Of a stretch of 64,000 bases of DNA, positions 39,078-56,440 are shown piece by piece. The DNA comes from Eledone cirrhosa (taxonomy: Eukaryota), in the NCBI GenBank assembly GCA_964016885.1, contig OZ024743.1, positions 372,620,001 to 372,684,000 on the forward strand, in the 5' to 3' direction. Position numbers and translations under genes: made by a program. The notes under the pieces are model-generated. The model did no database searches and had not been told where the DNA came from. It saw only the letters and a program-made list of their open reading frames with translations. Position 1 is the first letter of the stretch. Each line of letters opens with the position of its first letter.

Positions 39078-39382
39078 GGACAAAATGAAAACACACACAC
39101 ACATAGAACAAACAACTTACAATTGAAAACACACACAAAATGAAAACACACACAAGACAAAATGAAAACACACACACACATAGAACAAACAACCAACCAA
39201 CAATAAATAAATAAATAAACAAACAAATAGAAAAATATAAATAGAAAAATAGAAAAATGAACACAAACACACACAGACACCCGGATGTGGCGCATGCGCA
39301 AACTGAGCACGCAACCCACACACAAACAAAATGGCGTAGGATAGAAGAAAGGAAAGGCACAGAAACGAAGAAAGAAATCCCC

Positions 39383-39427
39383 AGTCACTGAAGAGGTCAC
39401 AGAGTGTGTGACGAAAGAACTATGACT
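39383..39427 (+). ncRNA. Minimal hammerhead ribozyme motif in pLTR (mirror on the - strand at 38188-38232)
   Basis: AGTCA-CTGAAGA-GGTCACAGAGTGTGTGAC-GAAA-GAAC-TA-TGACT. Confidence 0.72.
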
Positions 39428-39578
39428 ATATATATATAAACAACTATCTGGTTGTGGAACCAACCAACCAACCAGAAATTTATAAATTTGTAAATTTATA
39501 AATATATAATAAATTAAATTGAAGTGAAAGCAACTGGTGCGTGTGTTTCTTATTGGCAACATGACCCTCCCAAAGTAT

Positions 39579-39636
<58 letters not shown>

Positions 39637-40710
39637 GCATACATGCATACATGCATACATACATACATTTATACTTACATACGTACATACATACAATACA
39701 TATATATATATTTATATATATGTGCATACATGCATGCAAGCATGCATACATATACACCCCGTAGATTATTTCAAACAAGGTTATATTTGATTTTAAGGTT
39801 GAACCATATTCTCGCACTAATATCAAATGATCTTGAAAAATTGCTGCAGTCTGTTCAAAACTACTCCAGCATTTCCTAATAATACTAAAGCAGATTATAT
39901 GACAAGAGGGAGGTATCAGATTAGAATTGACACATGTGATGTGTTACAGTTTTAATAGAACATCAATAGTAATCCTATTGCATGTGATTATCTCTCACAA
40001 GTCAAGTGAAAAGTAAAAAAAACAAAAATAACAACAGTATCATCTGAGCATATTTTGTTTGAATTTACTTCAGTAGTCCTTTACTGGCTCACTGACTCCA
40101 TCCATAGCTGTCATTTGTTTGATAGTAACATGTATAGCTAGAGCTGAGTGGATCTATCTTTGACTTTAATACAAACATCAAAACACTTTTTTTTAACTGG
40201 TTGGTTTCTTCACTTTTGGAGCTAAACATTATATTTTACCAACTAAATATTTCAGAAATCTTATCTTGTCGACAATTTATTGCAAACACTAAAACACTTT
40301 TTTTACTGGTTGGTTTCATTTTGGAGCTAAACTTTATATTTTACCAAGTAAATATTTCAGAAATCTTAATTTTTTTTCTTTCTCTCCTGTATTTGTGTGT
40401 GCTCCATCTCTGGTTTTTCATATATAGCTGCAACACTGATTAATTGTGGATTTCTGTCGTAAGTAAATATTTGATATTTTCTATTAATAACTTTCTATAT
40501 TCATTTTAGAAATGTTTTATATGCATATATAACATTATCAATAGTCAAATTTTTGTGGGGTCACTGTTAACATATTTGTAACCATAGTTCTAATGAAATC
40601 AATTACTAATATAATAAATACACTCATTATTTAGCTGGTGTTTGGAACATAATTATATTATTTAATTACATTAAATCACAATGGAAGGTTTTTAGATAAA
40701 TATATACACT

Positions 40711-40969
40711 TTAACCCTTTCATTACCTTATTTCTAATGAAAGACACTGCTTATGATTTTCAAATAACTTTGAAAATAATCAAGGATTTAAAAGGATTTA
40801 GTTACATAACTAACTTTCTTGTTATTAAGCTGGTGTTTAGAACATAACAAATGTTTTTACATTAAATTGTGATGGAAGGTTTTTAGAAAAATATAAACAT
40901 TTTAAAATAAACAGTTTTATGTTATGGAATTAGAAGACATTTCAAGCAGGTTGGTATCAAAAGGGTTAA
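40711..40969. mobile_element. piggyBac-like MITE
   Basis: TTAA|CCCTTTCATTACC ... GGTATCAAAAGGG|TTAA. Related internal sequence recurs at about 40560-40710, 41580-41860 and 63500-63630. Confidence 0.6.
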
Positions 40970-42427
40970 TTTGCATTAAAAGCATTATTAATTGTTGAGG
41001 AAATAAGTTATAATCTTCATCTCATGTTTGGAAGATTTTTATCACCGAGATTTTATCTCAGTCCATGTTGTAAAGTGGTTGGTGATTAGAAGGTTATCCA
41101 GCCGGAAAAGTACAACATATAACATAGACACTTGTGTATACAGGTTGAACACTAATCGTCAGTAGGTAGAAGTAAAGGTCAGTGATTCTGATTAAGTAGT
41201 GAATTGGTATATTACAACCCATTCAACCCTTCCTAACAGGGAAAAAATAATAGTAAATTACGTGGGATGGTATCACTTTTATAGGTACCAGGCTGATATT
41301 TCTTATGACAATTTCAGCATGAAACTGACCATTTTTTCTTGATTCCTTCATCTCCATTCAGAGATTTAATTGACCCTTTCATGACCAATACTACAAAGAC
41401 TGAGACATTTGTCTTCTCAAGAAAGCCTGTGTAGTTCACTCTGCAGGTAAATGGAGTTACGCTGAAACAGTTGGAGAAGTTCAAGTATCTCAGGGTCGTT
41501 TTCTTGCGTGATGAAAGACAGGAAGCTGAATAAAATGCAAGAATTACTGAAGCTGGTGCAATAATGTGCCTGTTAATGAATTACACAGCCGATGATTTTG
41601 AAATAATTTTGAAAACAATCAAAAATTTGGAGGGATTTAGTAAAATAAGCTATTCATTATTAAGCTGGTATTTGGAACATAACTTAACGAAGAACCTTAC
41701 ATAAAATTATGATGGAAGGTTTTTAGATAAATATAAACACTTTAACCCCTTTGTTACCATATTTTTAATTAATTACACTGCCAATGATTTTCAAATGATT
41801 TTTAAAATAATCAAGAATTTGGGAGGATTTAGTAAAATAAATTTCTCATTATTAAGGTGGTGGTATATATCATTATCATTGTTGAACATCCATTTTCCAT
41901 ACAGAACTGTTTCTGGCATGGTTTCTACAACGGGATGCACTTCTTAATGTCATCATTTTCAGCGTGGACTGGGTGTTATTTATCATGCCACCAAAACGAC
42001 TAATTGACAGGTTGGTCTGGGTACTTTTTTACTGTATCACCAGCACGACCTCCTTACAGGGTAGACTGGATACTTTTTGTCATGTCACCAAGAAGATCAC
42101 CTTACAGGGTCACTGGGTGCTTTTTGTTATACTACCAACATGACCACCTCGCAGAGTGGACTGGATGGTTTTTCTCGTGTCACCAGAATGAACACCTTAC
42201 ATGGTGGACTAGGGGATTTTGTTGTGTCACCAGCATATATGTATATATATATGTGTGTGTGTGTATATGTATATATATATATGTATGCCCTCAAGGCTAT
42301 ATGCTCTTTGCAAGGTATCTCGAGGTTCTCGTTAATTTTTAATGTTACCTACGTAGCTATGTGTGTTTACACTCTTTACAAATTATCCCCTGTAATTGTT
42401 TGATGTGTTTATTTTATATGTATATAT

Positions 42428-42760
42428 ATCATCATCATCTTCATTTTACGTCCACTTTTCCCTGCTTGCAAGGGTGGGACGGGAACTGATTCTGGCTTGA
42501 TTTCTACAGCTGGATGCCCTTCCTAACACCAACCTCATTTACAGTGAGTGCTGGGTGCTTTTTTGTCGTGGCACCTCCACGACCACTTTGTAGTGGAATG
42601 ATAGGGACCCCAGTCCCTATCATCTCATTTCTACAGCTGAGTAAACTGGAGCAATGTGAAATAAAGTGTCTTGCTCAAGGACACAACACATCATCTGGTC
42701 TGAGAATTGAACTCACAACCTGTCGATTGCAAGGCCAATGCTCTAACCACTAAGCCATGA
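42428..42760 (-). mobile_element. tRNA-derived SINE (family 2) with RTE-type 3' tail
   Basis: Minus strand TGGCTTAGTGGTTAGAGC (A box), GAGTTCAATTCTC (B box) and TCCTTGAGCAAGACACTT, then GTTAGGAAGGGCATCCAGCTGTAGAAA...GGACGTAAAA(TGA)n. Second copy at about 49045-49370. Confidence 0.8.
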
Positions 42761-43303
42761 TTTTTAATTTAATACTATATATATATCCCCCCCCCCCCTC
42801 TCAAGAGCGTGAAAATAATTGTTTCTACTTTAGGCACAAGGCCAGTAATTACCCAGTACATTACTGGTACTTTATTTTATCGACCCCGTAAGGATGAAAG
42901 GCAAAGTGAACCTCGGCGAGATTTGAATTCAGATCGTAAAGGGACTTAACTATGCTGGAAAGCATGGCGTCCGACCCTCTACCAATACTGCGAAAATAAT
43001 AAACCTTTGTTTGTACTGCCTCTCTGTTTTTGTTCCCGTTCCAGTTTTCACTATAGATATATATATATATATCCGGGTAAATATCACAATCATAGCTCAT
43101 TTTGTTAGACCCGTTTTAGCTTGTTCGCTTTTTTGGCTATGGTGGTTAACCATCGTCTCAGCGTGTATGACCTTTTTAACTTATGTTTATAGCTCTGGTA
43201 TCTTCTTCAGTTCCATGGAGCGCTTGTCAGCACAATATGGAAGTTGCATTTCGCTAATTTCTACCCGCCGAAATGCGATTCTCGCTAAATTATATTTATA
43301 TAT

Positions 43304-43359
<56 letters not shown>

Positions 43360-43366
<7 letters not shown>

Positions 43367-45245
43367 AGAACAAAAGATGGTTAAAAGAGTTCCATGTATT
43401 TTATTATGCGCATTTCAAAAACAAATATCATCATGCAATAATATTTGTGTTTTCATCAGATAAAACAGGAGGACATGATATGAAGGTTAAAAAACACTTG
43501 TGGATAGTTCAGTTTTAAATCAACATATGAGAAATAGTTTTAGATTGATGTGTGATATTGGGAAAAATATTTTATTTTGAGGGGGGGGGGGGTGAAAAAG
43601 AGGAGGAGATGAGAGTAAAAAGTGGAGAGGGAGGAGTATAATGAGGAAGGATGAGATAGGAGGAGAGATGGGTGATAGAGAGAGAGAGACAGCTTTTATA
43701 ACTGAGAAAGATATTGTTTTATATAGAGAGGTTGAAAACCGTTGGAAGATAATGTATAAATTAAAAGAATTTGAAAATTAACGAAGAGAAAAATAATGTA
43801 AAGTTACGGTTTGTATATTGAGGGGTTTAATAATATGTGCGATGAAAAGAAAATGTTAATATGTATTAAGAATAATATTTAAGGGTTTAATAACATGTGC
43901 GATGGAAAAGAAAAAGTTAATATGTATTAAGAATGATATTAAGGGTTTAATAATATGTGCGATGGAAAGAAAATGTTGATAAGTATTATTAAAAAGAATA
44001 ACAGGTAATTTAAGTAAGGATGTATTGTGAGATGAGCATGAATGAGTTAGATGAAAGGGAGAAAAAAATAATGAATTGAGGATGAATAATCTAACGTCAA
44101 AAAAATGTTTGTTTACGAAGGATTTTTACAAGGTGATATAGAGTAAGAATGTATTGTATTATGTAATAATTGATTCTATATTAGGTAACAGTGAGAAAAG
44201 GTACAGATTAGGGGTTAGACATTAAAAGAAAAAGAGAAGAAAGGGAAGTGATAAATAGGGGCGATATAGAATGAGTAACAAGTATTATAGAATGTATAAT
44301 AACCTTTGAAATAAGGTAGAAAGATGGGTATATTTTTAAAGAAGTGTATATATATATATATGTGCCTTTGAGAAAAAGATTCTAAATTGATAAAGAATAT
44401 TAGCTGTATACTTTGTGGAATGTTTTGTGGAATTTATGCAAGCAGATAGAAAACAAGTCAGAATCTAAATTAGATATAATGGTAAATTTTTCATTTAGAC
44501 AGAGATTGCAAATTTTGGATAGAGAACTGTTCAAAAAGATGCTATATTTAATATTTTTGTCTTTCAAGGACCATATGAGCTCTGAGAGAGCCGTGTTGGT
44601 TCTTTTAAGTTTGTATTTAAAAGACGAATGATGGTTATAAAGACGAGCTTTAAAAGAGGTGGAAGTGGAGCCAAAATAGGTGAAGGAATTGGTGTCAGTT
44701 ATAACTTTACATTCGTAAATTAAGTTGTTATCAAGACAATGGTTGTTGAGAGGACATTTATTTTTAACAGGGTAATTGCAATTGAGATTAGAGAGATTAT
44801 TAACGAGTGACCTAGTGTTATCTATAGAAGGAATTGGATTGGAGAAGTTATTTGCGATAGGAATAATAGTTTCTTGATTTAGAATGGGATTAAGAACATT
44901 TAGCGAAGTTGTGTTTGACGTTGTATTTGGGTTTGCAGAAATTAGCCTAGGGTTTACAATGACGTCGGGAGTACTATTACTATTATTATGATATTCAGTG
45001 TTGGGAGGAAGAGATTTAGTATTTAGTATTTTATTGTTGTATTTAGAGATAATGTTGGAAATATTGGAGGATGTAGAATAGGAACATTTTATAGTGTGTT
45101 TGTTAAATATTTTACTATAGATATGTGAGGGAGGGAAGCATTTATTTAAGGCACTAAAGAATAATTTAGGAATATTGTTATTAATAGAGATGGAGAAAGG
45201 ATATCTGCATTGCTTTATTGTACTACAATAAAACTCACCTCCTAC

Positions 45246-45246
<1 letters not shown>
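43360..45246 (-). mobile_element. Penelope-like element (Hydra-clade-like), 5'-truncated, in (TA)n
   Basis: Hand translation of the minus strand ~45200-44400: [15 protein letters not shown]...KIFNKHTIKCSYS...NCNYPVKNKCPLNNHCLDNNLIYECKV...YFGSTSTSFKARLYNHHSSF...LSELIWSLKDK...CNLCLNEK. Long 3' region with a hammerhead motif. Not in the ORF track. Confidence 0.85.
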
Positions 45247-45298
<52 letters not shown>

Positions 45299-45357
45299 AC
45301 CATGTGTCCTGGGGGCCGAAGGTTGTTTATTAAATATCAAAATATACCGTGAAATAC

Positions 45358-45866
<509 letters not shown>

Positions 45867-45881
45867 TATATGTTTCTTCTT

Positions 45882-45917
<36 letters not shown>

Positions 45918-46117
45918 ATATTTATCTTGATCTACGTTATCAGAAATCTAAGACCAAACTATGTTTTTGATTACCACAATAACCTTTCTTTATATTGCCT
46001 TCAAGGCCATATGGTCTTTGTATATATACGAAGGCAATATAAAGAAAGGTTATTGTGGCAATCAAAAACATAGTTTGGTCTTAGATTTCTGATAACGTAG
46101 ATCAAGACAAATATTTC

Positions 46118-48225
46118 TGTTCTAAACACTAAATCCCTCCCCCATGAAGAATGCACCTCCCAACATAGACTCATAGTCAGCGACCTCATAGTCAGGACAA
46201 GACGTACTCGACAACAGAGGAGGACTATCCTCAGGAGAAAAATATGGAAGCTAAAGGACCCCACAGCCAGTAATAAATTTAAAAGCATATTACTTGATGC
46301 TTTTGACAGTAAGGAAGAGCAATTAGAGTCGTACAATGTAGAGGAACAGTGGGAATTCCTGAAAGCTAACCTGCTGAAGGTGGCAGATGAAGTTTGTGGC
46401 TGGAGCAGGTCTATAGGCAGGAGGAGAGTAACGTGGTGGTGGAACAGTGAGGTGGAGGAGTCAATTAAAGCCAAAAAGCAGGCTTGGAAACTATGGCGGG
46501 ATGGGAGAAGTAAGGAAGACTATCAAGTGGCCAGGAGGGAAGCTGGGAGACAAGTGTACTTCGCAAGAAGGGAAGCAGAGGAAAGAAAGTTCAAGCATGT
46601 TCTACAACACGAGGACCAAAAACGTGAGGTGTTCAGGATTGCTAGGCAATGTGTCAAGGAAAACTGTGATATTGTCAGGGAGAAGTGTGTCCTTAATGAT
46701 GATGGTGTACTTGCCATCACTGACGCTGATAAGAAGGTAGCTTGGAAGTGTCACTACGAAAGGCTACTAAATGAGGAGAATAAATGGGAGAAAGACAGTC
46801 TCCCCCACATCGACCCAATAGAGGGACCAGCAGTGCTAGTTGAAGGTAGTATAATAAGTAAGGCAATCAAAGATTTGAAGACGGGTAAGGCAGCTGGTCC
46901 TTCGGAAATAGTTGCTGAAATGCTGAAAGCATCTGGAACGGTGGGACACACTATGGTCACCTGGATAGTAAACCAAGTCATACAGAATGGGGTTGTTCCG
47001 AAGGACTGGCGTAGCAGCAGCATCATTAGCTGCTACAAGGGTAAAGGAGATGCCCTAGATAGGGGTAACTATAGAGGCATTAAATTAATCGACCAGGTCA
47101 TGAAGGTCACAGAAAAAGTAATAGCGCAACTAATCAGAGAACGAATTGATCTAGATGAAATGCAGTTCGGGTTTGTGTCAGGCAAAAGTACCACAGACGC
47201 TCTTTTCATTGTACGACAACCACAGGAGAAGTACCTAGCTAAAATTAAACCCCTATACTTAGCTTTTGTTGACTTGGAGAAAACCTTTGACAGAGTCCTC
47301 CGCTCCATTATCTGCTGGGCTCTTAGAAAACTAGGTGTTGATGAATGGCTTGTGAGAGCTATACAAGCCATGTATAAAGAAACAATCAGCAAGGTTAGAA
47401 TTAACAACGAATATAGTGAAGAGTTTAGCGTAAAAGTTGGTGTTCATCAGGGCTCCGTTCTTAGCCCCCTACTATTTATTATTGCCCTTCAGGCTATAAC
47501 AGAGGAGTTCAAGACCGGCTGCCCATGGGAACTCCTATATGCAGATGATCTAATGCTCATAGCTGAATCAATGGCTGAACTAGAGAAGAAATTCCAAACA
47601 TGGAAGCATGGCCTAGAATCAAAAGGCCTTAAAGTTAACTTGTCTAAGACTAAAGTTCTAGTTTGTAGGAAGGAAAATAGGGCACCGGTCCCATCTGGGA
47701 AATGGCCATGCTCAGTGTGTAGGAAAGGAGTAAGCAGAAACTCCATTTTATGTCCCAAATGCAAAGTATGGGTGCATAAAAGATGTAGTGGGATCACAGG
47801 TAAGCTAACTAAGAATATAGATTTTATATGTGGCCGGTGCTCTGGTGCAATAAGTAGCAGCAAATGCACACAGAATACTAGCTCATTCCATTGCACAGAT
47901 GGTTCTATAGAAATAGTGGATACCTTCCGTTACATGGGTGACAAAAACAGAAGTGAGGGAGGGTGCTCTGAAAGTACAGTAGCTAGAGTCAGAACGGGAT
48001 GGAAAAAGTTCAGAGAGCTTATACCACTATTAGCCGCTAAAGGGTTCTCCCTAAAAATGAAAGGCAGGTTGTATGATGCCTGCATACGACCAGCAATGTT
48101 GCATGGCAGTGAGACCTGGGCATTGTGTGCAGAGGATATACGCAGACTAGAGAGGAACGAAGCTTGCATGCTCCGCTGGATGTGTAATAGTAATATACGT
48201 GAACGGCAAAGCATAAATGAACTAG
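46118..48225 (+). mobile_element. RTE-clade LINE fragment (end of APE and RT with internal PHD finger), both ends truncated
   Basis: SQHRL, GKAAGP, NYRGIKL, FVDLEK, GVHQGSVLSP and LYADD in ORF 46380-48272; homology stops at about 48225. Confidence 0.92.
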
Positions 48226-48534
48226 CCATGCTAGTAGGATTTTGTTGGGGTGTTATGCACTTCATTATTTAACCCTTTAACATTTACATTATTCTATATT
48301 TACTACTATATTTTCACAGTAAAGGCTTTATCTTAATTAATTATCTCACATAATATTGAACCTACAAGATTTTGATGTTATTTATTTTGAGTACAATATC
48401 TTAATGTAGGTATGAGCGGTCAGTTGTAGCTGGTTTGAACAGAAAGAGGTGAGAGAATTCTGGCCAGATATGGCTGGTTTAAATTGTTAGAATCTACACT
48501 TGTTTGTATTGTTGTTGTGTCTATATTAGGTATG

Positions 48535-48735
48535 GAGTTGTTAGATATTACGGAATTGTAAAGGTTTATGGAGTTGTGAGATATTAAAGAATTGTGAGAT
48601 ATTACGAGGTTGTGAGATATTACGGGGTTGTGAGATATTACGGGGTTGTGAGATATTACGGGGTTGTGAGATATTACAGGGTTACGAGATATTACAGAGT
48701 TGTGAGTTATTATGGAGTTGTAAGATATTACACAA
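48535..48735. repeat. 18-bp minisatellite
   Basis: Unit GAGATATTACGGGGTTGT, about 10 degenerate copies. Confidence 0.9.
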
Positions 48736-48977
48736 GTTTTACCTGTATTTGTTTCACTTATAGGTTTTCTATTTCCTATGATTACTGTGAGCTAAATTAT
48801 TCTTCAAAATTACGTAGAAAAACTTCCCTCCATCTCATAGGTACAATTTTTAAATAATAAACATATACATATATATATATAAATATATATAAATATATAT
48901 AAATATATATATATAAATATATATAAATATATATAAATATATATATATACACAGACATATATAAATATGTCTAAATG

Positions 48978-49036
<59 letters not shown>

Positions 49037-49404
49037 CATACATATATCATCATCATTATCATCATCATTTTACGTCTGCTTTTCCCTGCTTGCAAGGGTG
49101 GGACGGGAACTGATTCTAGCTTAATTTCTACAGCTGGATGCCCTTCCTAACACCAACGTCATTTACAGTGAGTGCTGGGTGCTTTTTTGCCATAGCACCT
49201 CCACGACCACTTTACAGTGGAATGATATGGACCCCAGTCCCTATCATCTCATTTCTACAGCTGAGTAAACTGGAGCAATGTGAAATAAAGTGTCTTGCTC
49301 AACGAGACAACACATCACCCGGTCTGAGAATTGCAAGGCCAATGCTCTAACCACTAAGCCATGTGCCTCCATATATATATATATATTATATATATGCTTT
49401 TTGT

Positions 49405-49452
<48 letters not shown>

Positions 49453-49844
49453 AAAATCTTTTCCTGAGTCCTGTATTTTCGTTGCTCTGGTAATGCGGCT
49501 GGACTGCCGATCGCTATATTTGATTTGCTAAGCCGTCTAAACGTATTGTTATTACTCTGGGCTACTATTCCCATTCGAGTGCTAAAGCTACAGACCGAAT
49601 TTGCCTTCATTAGCTTGGCCACAAACTAAAGCTTTGTTAATGCTGTACTAAAATTTGTATATATATATATATATAGACACAACAAAAAGCACCCAGTACT
49701 CATTGTAAATGAAGTTGGTGTTTGGAAGGATATCCAGTTGTAGAAACCAAGCCAAAATCAGTTCTGTATGTGCAAGACATGGTCACCTGACAACAGGACA
49801 ACCCATCTAGCATGGAAAAATTGACGTAAAACGGTGATGATTAT

Positions 49845-50854
49845 CATCATCACTCGTCGACTACTGTCGAGATGATGGATCTCACTCTCATGCCCCAGAA
49901 TCCCCTGTCCCCCATCGCTGCCCCCAGGTCCTGCCTGCTGATTCCCGTATCCCTAGAGATAACGTCAGGGAATGACAGCTTCCTACTCCTAGTCAGGCTG
50001 GAGTCAGGGTTCCAGAGCAAGAGAGCGGATATGATTTCATTGCTGGCACGGTGACAGTGGCCAGCAAATTGAGCTCTCCGGGATTTTAGAAGGGCAGAGG
50101 CTCGAGGGAGTTTGCCATAGATTTTAGACAAGGTGGGATGTCGTTTCCAGGATAGGTTTTGCACCTCTCATTAAGAGGCGGGTATATGTGCCATCCAATC
50201 TCCTCTCAAGTTGTGATGTTAATGTCCAAATTTCGGATCCATAAAGTAATATGGGCTTAATGGTTGCTTGGAATATTTCCAGTTTTAGCTTGTTGGTAAG
50301 TTGAGATGTCCATATGGCGTGCATGTCATTGCACGCTGACCATGCCATACCCTTCCTGGTTAGAAAATCTTTTTTGGAGGAGGAGATATATGAGCCAAGA
50401 TACTTGTAATCTTCCACCTGCTTAAGGGTTCTGATGGGGTAGTTTGGGCTGTTTGCACATCTGTTCACATACTCAGTCTTGGATTCGTTGAGGTACAGCC
50501 CAACACAGTTGGACGCTTGCTCTAATGACTTCAAAAGACTCTCAGCATTTCCCAGTGACCGACTGATCAATGCGATGTCGTCAGCAAAGTCGGTGTCGGT
50601 CAAGTATTTTGCTGGGTAGCGTGAGCTTCTCCTAGGCTGTAGTTGGTATCCCCTATCCTGAATCATATCCACGGACATGCGCAAAACATAATCCACAACA
50701 ATGATAAATAGATACGGAGCAAGGGTATCGTCCTGTAAAATTCCAGCGAGGATTGAGAAAGGTGGTGTTTCCCCATCTGGGGTCAGGACAGTTGATTTGG
50801 TATCTGTATACATTACACGTATGGCCGCGATGATTTTATCAGGAATCCCATAGA
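49845..50854 (-). mobile_element. 5'-truncated LINE of a second RTE-related family with 11-bp TSD
   Basis: TPDGET...GILQDDTLAPYLFII, DFADD, YKYLG and ILLYGSE. The ORF stops in a (TGA)n tail. GTGATGATTAT is duplicated at 49834-49844 and 50855-50865. Confidence 0.88.
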
Positions 50855-50906
50855 GTGATGATTATGATGATGATGATGATATATATATGTGTGTATATAT
50901 ATATAC

Positions 50907-51036
<130 letters not shown>

Positions 51037-51226
51037 ATATATGTATGTTCGTGTGAGTCCTGGGTTCAATCGGGGGTAACGACAGTAGGTACTCAATACA
51101 TTAGTAGAGTGTATACAACAAAATTTAATATAGAAATGGCTTCTACAGGAGTAGAACTGGTTCATTCGAAAGAAATCTCCAGGAAATGGGCTAGTCCTGT
51201 AGAAGCCATTTCTATATTAAATTTTG

Positions 51227-53401
<2,175 letters not shown>

Positions 53402-53869
53402 GAATAAACAAGAGAGATGAACACTAATATAAATATACATGTGTTCGAATCGTAAGGACCAAATTTGCTAGGGACATGAGAACTTCACTTAATAAGATGT
53501 AGCGAAACAGTCTCCAATACTGTCTAGTTGTTACCAGGGGTTTTGCCCAATATAGGTCTGTTATTTTTCTTTATTTTTCTTAATTTAATATTTAAAGTTA
53601 AGGATAACAAACCATATTGCTGTAGTTAGTATTTTTTCACCCTAGCAAATTTGGTCCTTACGATTCGAACACACGTATGTTTATATTAGTGTTCATCTCT
53701 CTTGTTTATTCAATTATATTGTACGGTGGCGATTGTCAAACTGAGATCAGGTTGTGTTGTGATATGTGACACTATAAGAGAGATTTGGATGTGTCTGGTG
53801 GGTAGGGTGCAGTGTTAATGAGTGTGGGAGTGAAGGAGTGTTGATGAAGATTTAAAGAAATTAAAGCAT

Positions 53870-53902
<33 letters not shown>

Positions 53903-54047
53903 CACAGAAAATGGTGAATGTTGACAACAAGATAATGGGATGGGAGTGTTTAAGAAAGGGGCTGAAAAGTGTCCTCCTGTTGTTTCCATTTCAATAAATG
54001 ACCTTTGATGAATATAATGGCAGGATGTTTTTCAAATTCGTTTCTAT

Positions 54048-55512
<1,465 letters not shown>

Positions 55513-55979
55513 GGATGACGCATACACATGTTTATATATATATATATGGTCTATCAAAGTTCTTTCCTTGCACATCTGCAACATCGTCAATAGTGCTATT
55601 ACGTTCCTCCTGTTGTATATCTACGCCATCTTTAATATATATATATAAATGTATATATAAATATATATATAGAGAGAGAGTGAGAGAGAGTTGGAGAGAG
55701 TCCCCCCCCCTACTGGTCACTGATGACCATGGGTTTGCACCACGTGTGGGTAAAATTTGTTTGTGGAAGACAAGCAGTCACCCATACATGCCAGTACCAG
55801 TACCCCCTCCCCAAGCCACCAATGCTGTCGAAAGGAAAGATAATAGAGCCTGGCACCAGTGATTCCACAACTAACTTCTACAGCCGAGTGAACTGGGGCA
55901 ATGCGAAATAAAGTGTCTTGCTCAAGTGTCTGTCTATCGGTCACAATATATATACATATATATATATATATTTTTTTTT

Positions 55980-56420
55980 TTAGCAATCGACTTTCGTCAA
56001 ATCGGACCGAGGAAACAATGTTTCCGTTGGTCTTTCCAATTGCTAATACTATCTATCGGTCGCAACTCCAGGTAGAAGGACCAACGTGAAATAAAGTGTC
56101 TTGCTCAAGGACATAACACATCGCCTGGTCCAGGAATCGAACTCACAACTTCACGATTGCGAATCCAATTCTCTAACCACTCAGTCACACGCCTTATATA
56201 TATATATATATATACATGTATATATATACATATATACATATATACATATATATATATATGTGTATGTGTGTGTGTGTGTGTTATTTCCTTGAGCAATACA
56301 CTTTATTTCATGTTGCTCCTTCTACCTGGAGTTGCAACCGATAGATAGTACTAGCAATTGGAAGGACCAACGGAAACATTGTTTCCTGGGTCCGATTTGG
56401 CGAAAGTCTATCAACTGTTG
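55980..56420. mobile_element. Inverted pair of tRNA-derived SINEs (family 3)
   Basis: 55985-56118 is the reverse complement of 56277-56412. The tRNA head (GAGTGGTTAGAG...GAGTTCGATTCC) is on the - strand at 56120-56195. Confidence 0.72.
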
Positions 56421-56440
56421 ATGTAAATATATATATATAT

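Larger units (their letters stand above)
37971..39583 (+). mobile_element. Penelope-like element (possibly Nematis-like), 5'-truncated, with inverted pseudo-LTR
   Basis: 38030-38410 is the reverse complement of 39200-39583; GIY-YIG ORF between the arms; (TA)n flanks. Confidence 0.9.

Noticed and set aside
48594-48857. VRYYGV repeat protein
   Set aside because: Translation of an 18-bp minisatellite, with no exon signals.
49449-49657. Hammerhead in this (TA)n island
   Set aside because: Only a CTAATGA look-alike on the minus strand, with no GAAA core or stem I; left unclassified.
56120-56195. Possible tRNA gene
   Set aside because: A and B boxes are followed directly by a SINE body, and no complete cloverleaf acceptor stem is evident; treated as a SINE head.
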